Virus record (IMG/VR): IMGVR_UViG_638276472_000001
Span: 14,297-78,296 of that record
Reading direction: 5' to 3' (one strand)
Length of the DNA stretch: 64,000 bases
Origin: a virus
Taxonomy: Duplodnaviria; Caudoviricetes
The position numbers and the translations under genes were made by a program. Below are positions 9,372 through 18,589 of the stretch, in pieces. The notes below the pieces were generated by a model, which was not told where the DNA came from, did not search any database, and was given only the letters and a program-made list of their open reading frames with translations. The number at the start of each line of letters is the position of its first letter. Within the stretch, counting starts at the first letter, position 1.

Positions 9372-10967
9372 ATGTTCGAGGACGTAGACGAGTACCCGGC
9401 GAAGATTGAGATCTTCGGCTGGCAGAACACCGATTTGGATGTGAACCATCCTCACTACTTCTGCATCTCCGGTGACGGTAAGGGTGAGGAAGGCGCTATC
9501 TTGCGCCCAAATCTCAAGGGGGCCATTGACGCTCCGGTGAAGTCGTTGTGGCTTCCTGGTGCGTTCGGTCAGGTGTTCGTTGACTTCCGTTGGCAGCGTA
9601 GGGATGTCGTCTTCACCGTGTTCCTGTTTGACCCTGGTGACGATACGGCTTCCGGTTTCCACACTATCGACGCCCGTTGGCGTGCGTGCTGGGACTACGT
9701 CCGTGAGTCCACTATCCGCTGGACTTACCAGGACGAGACGATGGACGAGCCTGATGTGCGAATCATCAAGGCCCGCATGCTGGAAGAGCCGAAGTCGTAT
9801 TCGACTGACCCGTGGGAGGGTAAGGACCCTCACCTGTATCACTGCGCGAACATCGTGATGACCACGGCGTGCGAGCTTCCTTTCTATCAGGCCCCGAACA
9901 AGGTGTACACCTGGGTTCCCGAGGTGGGTGAGTTCGCCGCCGAGGTTGACTTCTCGACTATCGAGGACACTGAGATCCCCGTCGGGTTCGAATTGAAGTC
10001 CACGCTCGGCTCGGGTGGTGGCATGCAGGTCGTTGACGGCAAGTGGGTATGGGTGTCGTCGGGTTCTGTTGCGGCGGAACAGACTTACTTGTACACCGCT
10101 GGGGAGCCTGAGACCGACTTCTTCGAGGTGGCGATGAAGGTCTCGGCGCTTCCGGAGTTGGGCTTCAATCCCGGTGACACATGGTTGATCGGTCGCTCGG
10201 ATGACGACATGGACAACTTTGTGTTCTGCAAGATTGAGTACCAGATCGCAAACTTGGTGGCACTGGTGACCTTTGGGTACGTGAAGGACGGCGGTAACCC
10301 TGTCCCGCTTTCGATCCTCCCCACTGTCGTCACTGGTGTTTCACCAGGCGACACATGGTATTTCGCTGGGACGGGTAATACCACATTCCGCTTGAAGCTG
10401 AATGATCGCGTGGTCGCTCGCGGCAAGGATACTGGTGGGAACTCCCGCGTGGGTGCGGACTACCGTGGCGTTGGCTTCAAGTTCGCCGCCGCACCGACCT
10501 ACCTGTTTGGTCAGCATGAGCCTGCGCCCGTGTCTTTGGTGGCGTTCCGTGATGTTCCTACGGCTGATGAACAGGAACTCACCTTCGAGGTGACCAATGA
10601 TGGCGATGTGCCATGCTTCCCACGTTGGACCCTGACTGGGAATGCGGACTGGACTCTGCCCGATTATTCGTTCGGGAATGAAGAGTATGGTCGCCCAATC
10701 GAGGATGCGGATCGTGAAGTTCCATTGCCGCACTTGCCGATTGATGTTGGGTGTGTGGCGGATGCCGACCCCCGTCGCAGGACTTTGATGGCTGACGACA
10801 GGTCGCACCTTCAGGGCCGCTGGAAGGGTCAGGATCTTCTATATCCGATTCCGCATGGCACACATACGATTACGGTTCGCGTAGCCAACGCTGAGGATGG
10901 GTTCGCCATGAGGCTTGAACTCCCACAGTGGTTTACGCGTCCATGGGGAAGGGTTGATGAGCTGTGA
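9372..10967 (+). CDS. minor tail protein (distal tail-like) with internal beta-rich insertion
   Basis: First gene after TMP. VTNDGDVPCFPRWTL and PQWFTRPWG motifs. Confidence 0.85.
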   Translation: MFEDVDEYPAKIEIFGWQNTDLDVNHPHYFCISGDGKGEEGAILRPNLKGAIDAPVKSLWLPGAFGQVFVDFRWQRRDVVFTVFLFDPGDDTASGFHTIDARWRACWDYVRESTIRWTYQDETMDEPDVRIIKARMLEEPKSYSTDPWEGKDPHLYHCANIVMTTACELPFYQAPNKVYTWVPEVGEFAAEVDFSTIEDTEIPVGFELKSTLGSGGGMQVVDGKWVWVSSGSVAAEQTYLYTAGEPETDFFEVAMKVSALPELGFNPGDTWLIGRSDDDMDNFVFCKIEYQIANLVALVTFGYVKDGGNPVPLSILPTVVTGVSPGDTWYFAGTGNTTFRLKLNDRVVARGKDTGGNSRVGADYRGVGFKFAAAPTYLFGQHEPAPVSLVAFRDVPTADEQELTFEVTNDGDVPCFPRWTLTGNADWTLPDYSFGNEEYGRPIEDADREVPLPHLPIDVGCVADADPRRRTLMADDRSHLQGRWKGQDLLYPIPHGTHTITVRVANAEDGFAMRLELPQWFTRPWGRVDEL

Positions 10968-13348
10968 GTGTACCTGCACCCACTTCGCATTTCGACTGGC
11001 ACGAGGGAAGCGGTTCGACTACCACCTCCCTGGTTGGGGGCTACACCCTAACCGTTAGCAACTGGGCCTCAAGGCAGTCTGTGGGTTCTATCGGACCTAG
11101 CGTGTTGTCGGACAATTGGACCCTTTTTGCGCGTGTGACTTTGACTCAGTTGTCGGGGTCGAGTGGTTCGATCTTCAACACCAATAGTGGGAACAATGAG
11201 GCTTCGTGGATCAATATCGACAGCGAACGTCGCATCGGTGTGTGGCCCGACTTCAATGGTGATCCCCTTCCTGAGGTGGGTGTTCCGTTCGACTTGGCGA
11301 TTGTCGGAAATGACGACAATGTGCGGTTCTTCGTGGACGGTGTGCAGGTCGCCTCCGATGACACCTTCCTGGCGTTTAACCCCGGTTCGGGTGGCTTTAG
11401 GGTCATGCGTGATGTTGGTCTTGAGTACGACATCGAAGAATTGCGTTTCTGGAATTCTACCCTGACCGATGCACAGGTGATGGAGTTGTCTACCCCGCCA
11501 CAGGATGTCGCCCTATCGAGCGTAGACAGCGGCGAAGTCTTTGGCACACCTAGTGTTTTGCAGACCGATCCAGAGCCTGACGATGCCTTGACGGAGGCGA
11601 ACGAGAAGCTGGACGCTATCTCGCAGAACGTAGAGGACTATCGCTACGAGCTGGACGTGATGCGCCGCGCAAAGCCCCAGATCACCTTCTACCGCAACAA
11701 GGCTGGCAATGGACCTCTTGGCCCTGCCGATGGCGGTGGACCCGGCTTGGAGTACTACGGGCGTGTGGTGCAGCAGGATACGATCCGTGCGTCGTTCCCA
11801 TTCAAGAAGAACGTCTCGGCGCAGGGTGTGCTTGAGCTGCGCTTCGATCACTACATCGCGGAGTGGTTGCGCACCATCCCGAATGATCCTGAGCAGTGTA
11901 AGAACGTCGTGATCCGCGTGGATATGTTCGGCGGCAAGTTGCGCTGGACCGGATTGCTTCATCACTGGGAAGTTAAGGAAGACGCTGAAGGCATCGTCTA
12001 CATGGAGTGTGTATTCCATGACGATCTTCAGTTCCTCCAGTTCCTGCTTGGGCCTCCGAACCCCGCGCTGCCGATCCCGATCTTCCAGTTCCCAAGGGTG
12101 CTACCGATTTTCGGGCCTGCCAAGTGGGCTTGCTCAATCATGGTGCTTATCAACCTACTTCGCAACCAGGCACCGATCTATCACCTTCCGGACGACCCGT
12201 TCGACTTCGATCAGTGGATCGACATCCTGCCTTCGGAGTGGAAGGATTGGCAGTGCCACGTCAAGTGCAACCCTCTGCCGCTTGATGATTCGTCGCTGTG
12301 GACTGTTCTCGGCACGCGTATGAACCCGATTGACTCCGTGCTCTCGGAGGCGTTGGAGGATGCGCAGTTGACCATCCGCTACCGTCGCGTGTTCACCGAT
12401 GAGGGTGAGACCGAGAACGGTGTGCTGTTTGTGGAGCCAGACCAGTTCGCCAATGGCGCTTTGGTTTTCGAGTTCGTTGACGACTCGGGTTACTACGATT
12501 TGCTTCGTGGTACGTTCCTGTCGGGCACTATCGCCTCGGGCATGGTTCGCTCGGTGGTGCAGTGGGTTGGGGGTTTCATTGAGGACACCATCGTCACCAT
12601 CGCTGACGACGAGACCATGTATCCGGACGAATACTGGGGGCCAGGTTTCCTGGGGACGCTTGCTTCAGCGCCCTGGTTGGTCATCAGGGACTCCGCTTAC
12701 ACCCCAGTCGGTTCGAGGGGTTTGTCGTGGGCACCGGCCACTGCGGTTAGCGCAGTTGTGGGTGGCGGCAACCCAATTGCGGATGCCATCGCCCGTCTGA
12801 TCATTGAGACCACGGGAAATATCTTGGGATACTTCCTACTTGGTGGTTTCTCGTCGGCGGGTACCATCGCTGCCGACTTGATCATGCCGTTCCTTGAGGG
12901 CACCATCGCGGCGTGGCTGGAGTGGAAGAACATTGGCCGCGCGAACCAGTTGGGCTGGTGTCATCTCTTTGAGCTGTACCAGCAGGGTGCAGAGTCAAAT
13001 GCATGGAGCCTCAGCGCAATTGCCGCCCTTCGTGGTGCGTTCCTGGCGTCGCGTTCGGAGACCTCGCATACTGTCAACCTTCGTGGCACCAACTGGGTCA
13101 TTCCTGGGGTAGACTTCACGGTGGGAAGCCGAGTTGGCCACACCATGCGTGGCTTTGAGGGCTTCATCTTTGTCAACCAGTGCGAGGCGATCAACGTTCA
13201 GTGGGACAATACTGGCGAAGATCCCTTCGCTTTCGAGTGTACGTTTGGTCAGAACAAGGCCGCGATGTCGTCGGGCGAGCGCACTATGCGCGTCGTGAAG
13301 AGGCTTGCGGATATCGTCCATAACATTGGCGTGCATCTCGTCTCCTGA
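10964..13348 (+). CDS. minor tail protein (baseplate hub-like) with N-terminal LamG/ConA-like domain
   Basis: N-terminus VRFFVDGVQV...IEELRFWNSTLTDAQV. Body has PPNPALPIPIFQFPRV, typical of mycobacteriophage minor tails. Confidence 0.85.
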   Translation: MSVPAPTSHFDWHEGSGSTTTSLVGGYTLTVSNWASRQSVGSIGPSVLSDNWTLFARVTLTQLSGSSGSIFNTNSGNNEASWINIDSERRIGVWPDFNGDPLPEVGVPFDLAIVGNDDNVRFFVDGVQVASDDTFLAFNPGSGGFRVMRDVGLEYDIEELRFWNSTLTDAQVMELSTPPQDVALSSVDSGEVFGTPSVLQTDPEPDDALTEANEKLDAISQNVEDYRYELDVMRRAKPQITFYRNKAGNGPLGPADGGGPGLEYYGRVVQQDTIRASFPFKKNVSAQGVLELRFDHYIAEWLRTIPNDPEQCKNVVIRVDMFGGKLRWTGLLHHWEVKEDAEGIVYMECVFHDDLQFLQFLLGPPNPALPIPIFQFPRVLPIFGPAKWACSIMVLINLLRNQAPIYHLPDDPFDFDQWIDILPSEWKDWQCHVKCNPLPLDDSSLWTVLGTRMNPIDSVLSEALEDAQLTIRYRRVFTDEGETENGVLFVEPDQFANGALVFEFVDDSGYYDLLRGTFLSGTIASGMVRSVVQWVGGFIEDTIVTIADDETMYPDEYWGPGFLGTLASAPWLVIRDSAYTPVGSRGLSWAPATAVSAVVGGGNPIADAIARLIIETTGNILGYFLLGGFSSAGTIAADLIMPFLEGTIAAWLEWKNIGRANQLGWCHLFELYQQGAESNAWSLSAIAALRGAFLASRSETSHTVNLRGTNWVIPGVDFTVGSRVGHTMRGFEGFIFVNQCEAINVQWDNTGEDPFAFECTFGQNKAAMSSGERTMRVVKRLADIVHNIGVHLVS

Positions 13349-13363
13349 TTCAAGGGAATCATC

Positions 13364-13576
13364 ATGATTGAGGTTATTTTTCGCGCTTCCAACGACATTG
13401 AGGGTGTGTCTGCGAAGGCTATCCACGAGGCGATGGAAGACCTGGGGTTGGATCTGATCACCTCACCTGCCGGATACGTTGTACACGTTCACAATCTGGA
13501 CTGCATTGAGGATTATCCTGAGGACTATTCCAATTGTCCACACCTTGGCCTGAGGCGCGACGACGAAGAGGTGTGA
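13364..13576 (+). CDS. hypothetical protein
   Basis: 70 aa with SD, fills a gap in the tail operon. Confidence 0.6.
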   Translation: MIEVIFRASNDIEGVSAKAIHEAMEDLGLDLITSPAGYVVHVHNLDCIEDYPEDYSNCPHLGLRRDDEEV

Positions 13577-13577
13577 C

Positions 13578-14045
13578 ATGTACGTGCCAGGTATTCACCC
13601 ACCGGACCCGAATGATCCGAAGGGTATGGCATGGGTGTTCGCGGCTGGATTCGCCGACCCTCGTCCCGGTTATCCGAATCAGGCTCTTGTGCTTAAGCAG
13701 TCGTGGGAGCCTACGTCACAGATGTGGTGGGACTTGGGGCTTCGTTGGCATCCTGAGCTTCAGACGAAGTGGATCAAGGGTGGTGGCCAGTTCGGTGCTG
13801 GTGAGATTGTCGATGCCCCACCGGAAGAGAAGTCGCTTCAGGAACTCGCCGAAGAAATGGCGGCTGAGCAGTTCGCTCAGATGAAGGCCGAGGTGGACCG
13901 TGTTCGTGAGCACGGCTCCGAATGGGAAAAGGAACGTTTGCGTCAGCGATTCAAGATGGCTGGCGAGCAGGCTAAGCAGATGGCCGAAATGCTGGATCAG
14001 GCAGCAGATTCCGAGTTGAAGAGGATTGAAAAGGAAGAGCACTAA
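13578..14045 (+). CDS. minor tail-associated protein (DUF2744-like)
   Basis: DPNDPKGMAWVF...WDLGLRWHPELQTKW motif. Confidence 0.7.
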   Translation: MYVPGIHPPDPNDPKGMAWVFAAGFADPRPGYPNQALVLKQSWEPTSQMWWDLGLRWHPELQTKWIKGGGQFGAGEIVDAPPEEKSLQELAEEMAAEQFAQMKAEVDRVREHGSEWEKERLRQRFKMAGEQAKQMAEMLDQAADSELKRIEKEEH

Positions 14046-16613
14046 ATGGGTGGCGTACCAGGTGATGGCGTAGACGGCGGAATTAATCCGAACGACTTCA
14101 GCATCGTTGGACCTATGCTCAGTGGCCTTGAGGGGCGTACTGAGTCGAACATCCGTGCCTCCCTTAATGAGCAGGTCAAGAACAACGGCACCCTGACTTC
14201 GTTCTCGCAGAAGGTTTTTGCTGGCATCAATCCAACTTTGGGTATGGTGGCTGGCATTATCGACGCTATTGTGCGTCAGATCATTCAGGGTGTGGGTGAG
14301 GTCGGTGAGAATGCTGAGGAATGGATCGAGCATCTGCTCTCCAATCTGAACACCTTCTACCACAACCTGGGCGAGTTCCTTGGCTCCATCAACTTCCTGT
14401 CGCCAGACTTCAATCCTGCTGCTGCCGCACAGGAGTTCGTTGAGCTGATGCTGTTGCCCTTGAACCTTCTTCTGGGGCCGAATTCGCCTTTGAACTTGGC
14501 GAATGCGTTCGGCAACTTGACCCGCGTGAACATCGGTGCCATTTCGCGTGAGCGTCCGAACCTGGTTCAGGCTGGCACGTTCCCTTTGGGCTCCATTGCT
14601 ACCAATAGCGATTGGGAACTTGTTGGGACTGGTCGTACCGACGATGGCACCGGCTCCGTAAAGGTGACCGCTGATGGGTATCATAAGGCGCTGCGTACGG
14701 GTAGGAACGCAACTGACACGATTCTGGTCGGTGAGGGGCAGACTTTCGACTGGGCTTTCCATGTGAGCTGGACTGGCTACTCGGGCGCGGGGGAGGTGCT
14801 TCACCTCCAGGTGGTGCCGTACATCGAAGGCGTTCCCCAGGTCCCCGTTAACGTGGCTGCGCTTGATCCTGAGGAATCAGAATCGGAGTGGCCGGGTGTT
14901 GAGGTGGCCGGAAGTTGGACGGTGCCTGAGAATGTCACTGGCGTGCAGATGCGTATTCTTCTCACGTCCGATGCCTTGGCGGGGACCTTCTTTATTGACG
15001 ATGTGTCGGGTCGCCAGGATTCGACGTTCCGCCTTGAGTGGATTGATGGCCTGCCTGAGGCTATCCAGGACATGATTGCACGCTGGCAGTCTACCTTGAA
15101 CACCATCTTCACTGCCGTGACGGGTGTTCCAAATGCGTTGGCAGAATTGGCCGATATCGCAGAGGCGTTGGCCAGCATTCCATTCAAGAATATTCAGGGC
15201 GTGTTGGGTCCCGGAAACATCGGCGGTTCGCTGATTGAGGCTATTAATGCCCTGGTGGGTGGCCTGGTGGGGCAGCCTGGCGAGGGCGCTTCGATTGCGG
15301 ACCTGTTCAACATCGGCAAGCTGGTTTCTTCCATGGCCTCTCAGGGACGCTTGGCGTGGGAAAAGTGGGGTCAGCGCAACAATAAGCCGGTGGCTGGTGG
15401 ACTCCTACCTTCGTCGTCGGCGAACTACGAGATCACCTCTATCAATACGAGTCTCGAAGCTAGGCAGGATAAGTCGCTGATTGGTGTCATCCGTGTCACG
15501 CAGGACATGCCGCTGGGCCTCATCTCGTGGCTGGGCTACGGCTCGGCGAACTTGGACGCGTTCTACGTCAACATCTGGTACATCGATCCCACTGACGGCA
15601 CAAGGGATTTGATCCACCACTCGCCAAACCTGGTGGGGGACTTGGTTGCTGGAACAAACGTGGGATGGCACTTCTACTCCCTTGCGGAGGGTAACATCCC
15701 AGGCTTGCTCGCGGGTGAGGATTACGCTATCGAGTTCGTGCCGGTTGGTACTGGCACGCACTACATTCGCGGCATGTCGAGGGATGACGACATTCCGGAC
15801 CATCCTTATGCGCAGGTCGTTGGCCTTGCCGCTACCCGTGACAACACCACCAGTCCAGACAGCCCACCGGCCACTATCGCCAAGGCTTCGTGGGTCTCGT
15901 CGGGTGAGATCCCGTGGTTCTGTATCGCCGTCGATACGGGAAATGATGTGGACTATCATGACCCTTTGTCGGTGCCGTTCAACGACGATGGCCAGATCGC
16001 GGTTCCCCGCTGGGCCAAGTATGTTGATGTGATCGGCGTTGGCGGTGGTGGCGGCTCACGTCAGGGCGGTACTGTCGGCTTCTATGGTGAGCCTGGCGAG
16101 CCTGGCAAGTGGAATGCGACTACTTGGGTTCGTGGAATTGACTTCTCGGGTGACACTGTTTTTGTCAACCTCGATATCGGTAATGGCGGTTACGGTGGCC
16201 AGGGCCTCGGCTCGGCGGGTGCGGATACTATCATCACCCTAAATGAGCACACCCTTACCTGCGAAGGTGGCGACGGCGGTACCTCGCTTCGCCCAATCGT
16301 CATCGGCGGCAACCCGTATGGCCTTGGCGCTGGTGAGTTTACTTACAACGACGTGCTTTACAAGGGCGGCTTGAATCAGCAGTCCTATTCGGGGGCTGGG
16401 TCGGCACCTGGTGGCGCTGCCATGGGCGGTAACTGGATTCTGTTCTCCCCCGGCGCATATGGCGGCAAGGGAGCCGCATGGGTTGTGTTCCGCTCGGCAG
16501 CACCGGGTGAGGCCACTCCCGAAGAGCCAGATCCGGTTGAGCCACCCGAAGCTCCGACTGTGACTGTCGTTTCAACTAGCTACCATTCGATCAAGATTGC
16601 AATTGAGGCATAA
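14046..16613 (+). CDS. minor tail protein, Gly-rich C-terminus
   Basis: 855 aa with a carbohydrate-binding-like middle and a VDVIGVGGGGG Gly-rich domain. Confidence 0.85.
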   Translation: MGGVPGDGVDGGINPNDFSIVGPMLSGLEGRTESNIRASLNEQVKNNGTLTSFSQKVFAGINPTLGMVAGIIDAIVRQIIQGVGEVGENAEEWIEHLLSNLNTFYHNLGEFLGSINFLSPDFNPAAAAQEFVELMLLPLNLLLGPNSPLNLANAFGNLTRVNIGAISRERPNLVQAGTFPLGSIATNSDWELVGTGRTDDGTGSVKVTADGYHKALRTGRNATDTILVGEGQTFDWAFHVSWTGYSGAGEVLHLQVVPYIEGVPQVPVNVAALDPEESESEWPGVEVAGSWTVPENVTGVQMRILLTSDALAGTFFIDDVSGRQDSTFRLEWIDGLPEAIQDMIARWQSTLNTIFTAVTGVPNALAELADIAEALASIPFKNIQGVLGPGNIGGSLIEAINALVGGLVGQPGEGASIADLFNIGKLVSSMASQGRLAWEKWGQRNNKPVAGGLLPSSSANYEITSINTSLEARQDKSLIGVIRVTQDMPLGLISWLGYGSANLDAFYVNIWYIDPTDGTRDLIHHSPNLVGDLVAGTNVGWHFYSLAEGNIPGLLAGEDYAIEFVPVGTGTHYIRGMSRDDDIPDHPYAQVVGLAATRDNTTSPDSPPATIAKASWVSSGEIPWFCIAVDTGNDVDYHDPLSVPFNDDGQIAVPRWAKYVDVIGVGGGGGSRQGGTVGFYGEPGEPGKWNATTWVRGIDFSGDTVFVNLDIGNGGYGGQGLGSAGADTIITLNEHTLTCEGGDGGTSLRPIVIGGNPYGLGAGEFTYNDVLYKGGLNQQSYSGAGSAPGGAAMGGNWILFSPGAYGGKGAAWVVFRSAAPGEATPEEPDPVEPPEAPTVTVVSTSYHSIKIAIEA

Positions 16614-18589
16614 TGGCTACCATCGGTTTCAACGTCTACCTGAACGGCGAGAAGGTGAACGCCGCTCCGGTTCCTCGCACGGGTCCTGTCACTGAGCACC
16701 TATTCGATGAGCTGGACGAGAATACGGAATACCACATTGAAGTCTCGGCAGTGAACAGCGCGGGGATGGAAGGTCCAAAGTTCGACCTGGGGTTGATCCC
16801 CACCGACCTGTATGTTCCATCCGGCGACGAAATGCATCCTGACGATGCCGCCAAGATTGATGCTGTGATGGAGAGGTGCCTGGGCGAGTGGAAGATGGGT
16901 CCCGGCATGATGGTGTACACCACGGGGCCTAAGGGTTCCTACATGAAGGCCTACGGCTGGGCTGACAAGGAAAAGACCAAGCCGATGACCACGGATATGT
17001 ATTTCCGCGTCGGCTCGCACACGAAGACGTTTACGTGCATGGCCATTCTGATGGCTGTGGACAAGGGCCTCATCTCGCTTGAGGACACCATCGACCAGTT
17101 CGATAGTGACCGTTGGACTTTGAGCGACCTTCCGAATTCCGACAAGATCACTATCCGCCATCTGCTTATGATGCGCGCCGGGTTGTTCAATGAGCAGAAG
17201 GACCTTGGCGTGCTGCTGATGTTCTATTTGAACAAGCAGTACCCGTGGTCGGACGATGCCACTTTGCGCGTGCTGAAGAGCCATTCCCCTGATGCTGATC
17301 CTGGCACCGTGTTTTCGTATGTGTCGGGTAACTATGCCGTTATGGGCGCGATCCTTGAAGCCGTGGATGGTCGTCCCGCACGTCAGATCATTCAGGAAGA
17401 CATCTGGGACGAGCTGGGTATGAGTGACACCTCCTGGGGCACACCGTATCTGCCACAGCCTTCGCCCCGTGGCTACGGCGGCATGGGTAGCCTTGATGCA
17501 GACACGACCAACTTCAATCCCGAGTTGGCGGGTCTCGCAGGCGCGATGGTATCCACCATGGCAGATGTGAATAAGTGGTTGGTCGCGTGCTACGAGAATC
17601 ACTTCCTGTCGGATGAGTTGAACAATCTGTGGCACAGCACTGGTTGCTGGATGAGGTCTGGTGTCGCACCGGACGTTCGAGACGGTGTGCCCAAGTATTT
17701 CGCTTACGGGTTGGCGAATTACCTCATGGGCGACTGGCGCGGCCACGCTGGCTCGTGGGTTGGATTTGAGTGCTGCCCGATGTTCAATATCGTTGACGGT
17801 ACTACGTGCGTCATCGTTGAAAACTCGCAGTCTCCAGATTATTTGGGTGGCGGGGCGGCACCTATCCTGCGTGCGCTCCCTGCGCTTTGCGAGGCGGTGT
17901 GGCCTGATTCTTTGTACGAGACCCCAGAGGAACTGCGCAACACTTGCACGATCCCAAGCGATCCGTTCGTGTACAGCACGGCTCCAGCGAATGTGAACTA
18001 TTCGGGAATCTCGCCTGCTTTCAAGGGCCTTGGCTCCGCAAGCGTCACTTGGAATCCCGCTGTCGATACTGACGTGTTTGCAATGGTATGCTGGGATAGG
18101 AACGGTGGTGTTACTCCTGTCGCCGAGTTCGGCGGCGAGGAAATGGAACTGGTAGGCCTCACCTACAATGACAACAACACCGGGAAGGGCGCTACCGCAA
18201 TCTTCAGGGCACCGAAGACTGGCACTGGTGAGCCAAAGCTATTGAAGATCACGGCTTCTGGCTGGATTACCGGCTTTGGTTTGGCTTTGTCCAATGTGGC
18301 GTCCGTAGACGAGCCGGTCTATGCGACCGGGTATGGCAACGTTGCTGAGGCTGACATTGTCAATGAGGACGACGGCAAGACGCTGATCTGCCTTGGCGCT
18401 GGCAACGGTGGTGGCCCCCACTACGAGTGGGGTTGGATCAACCTTGGTGTGCGTACACGCGGCAGGGAGCATAGTACGAATCCTCCGCTGCTGGTTGCGA
18501 CTTCGCATATTTCGTCGCACATCTCGTCTACCGCCAAGGGTAAGAACTACTGGGGTCTTGTGACTGTTCATGTGAACTTCGAGGAATAA
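16613..18589 (+). CDS. minor tail protein with FnIII and serine beta-lactamase/D-Ala-D-Ala carboxypeptidase-like domain
   Basis: FnIII LDENTEYHIEVSAVNSAG, SxxK motif FRVGSHTKTF, ITIRHLL, and GHAG triad. Confidence 0.85.
   Translation: MATIGFNVYLNGEKVNAAPVPRTGPVTEHLFDELDENTEYHIEVSAVNSAGMEGPKFDLGLIPTDLYVPSGDEMHPDDAAKIDAVMERCLGEWKMGPGMMVYTTGPKGSYMKAYGWADKEKTKPMTTDMYFRVGSHTKTFTCMAILMAVDKGLISLEDTIDQFDSDRWTLSDLPNSDKITIRHLLMMRAGLFNEQKDLGVLLMFYLNKQYPWSDDATLRVLKSHSPDADPGTVFSYVSGNYAVMGAILEAVDGRPARQIIQEDIWDELGMSDTSWGTPYLPQPSPRGYGGMGSLDADTTNFNPELAGLAGAMVSTMADVNKWLVACYENHFLSDELNNLWHSTGCWMRSGVAPDVRDGVPKYFAYGLANYLMGDWRGHAGSWVGFECCPMFNIVDGTTCVIVENSQSPDYLGGGAAPILRALPALCEAVWPDSLYETPEELRNTCTIPSDPFVYSTAPANVNYSGISPAFKGLGSASVTWNPAVDTDVFAMVCWDRNGGVTPVAEFGGEEMELVGLTYNDNNTGKGATAIFRAPKTGTGEPKLLKITASGWITGFGLALSNVASVDEPVYATGYGNVAEADIVNEDDGKTLICLGAGNGGGPHYEWGWINLGVRTRGREHSTNPPLLVATSHISSHISSTAKGKNYWGLVTVHVNFEE

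Noticed and set aside
16613-18589. Antibiotic-resistance beta-lactamase
   Set aside because: The domain is embedded in a virion tail protein, a known mycobacteriophage feature.
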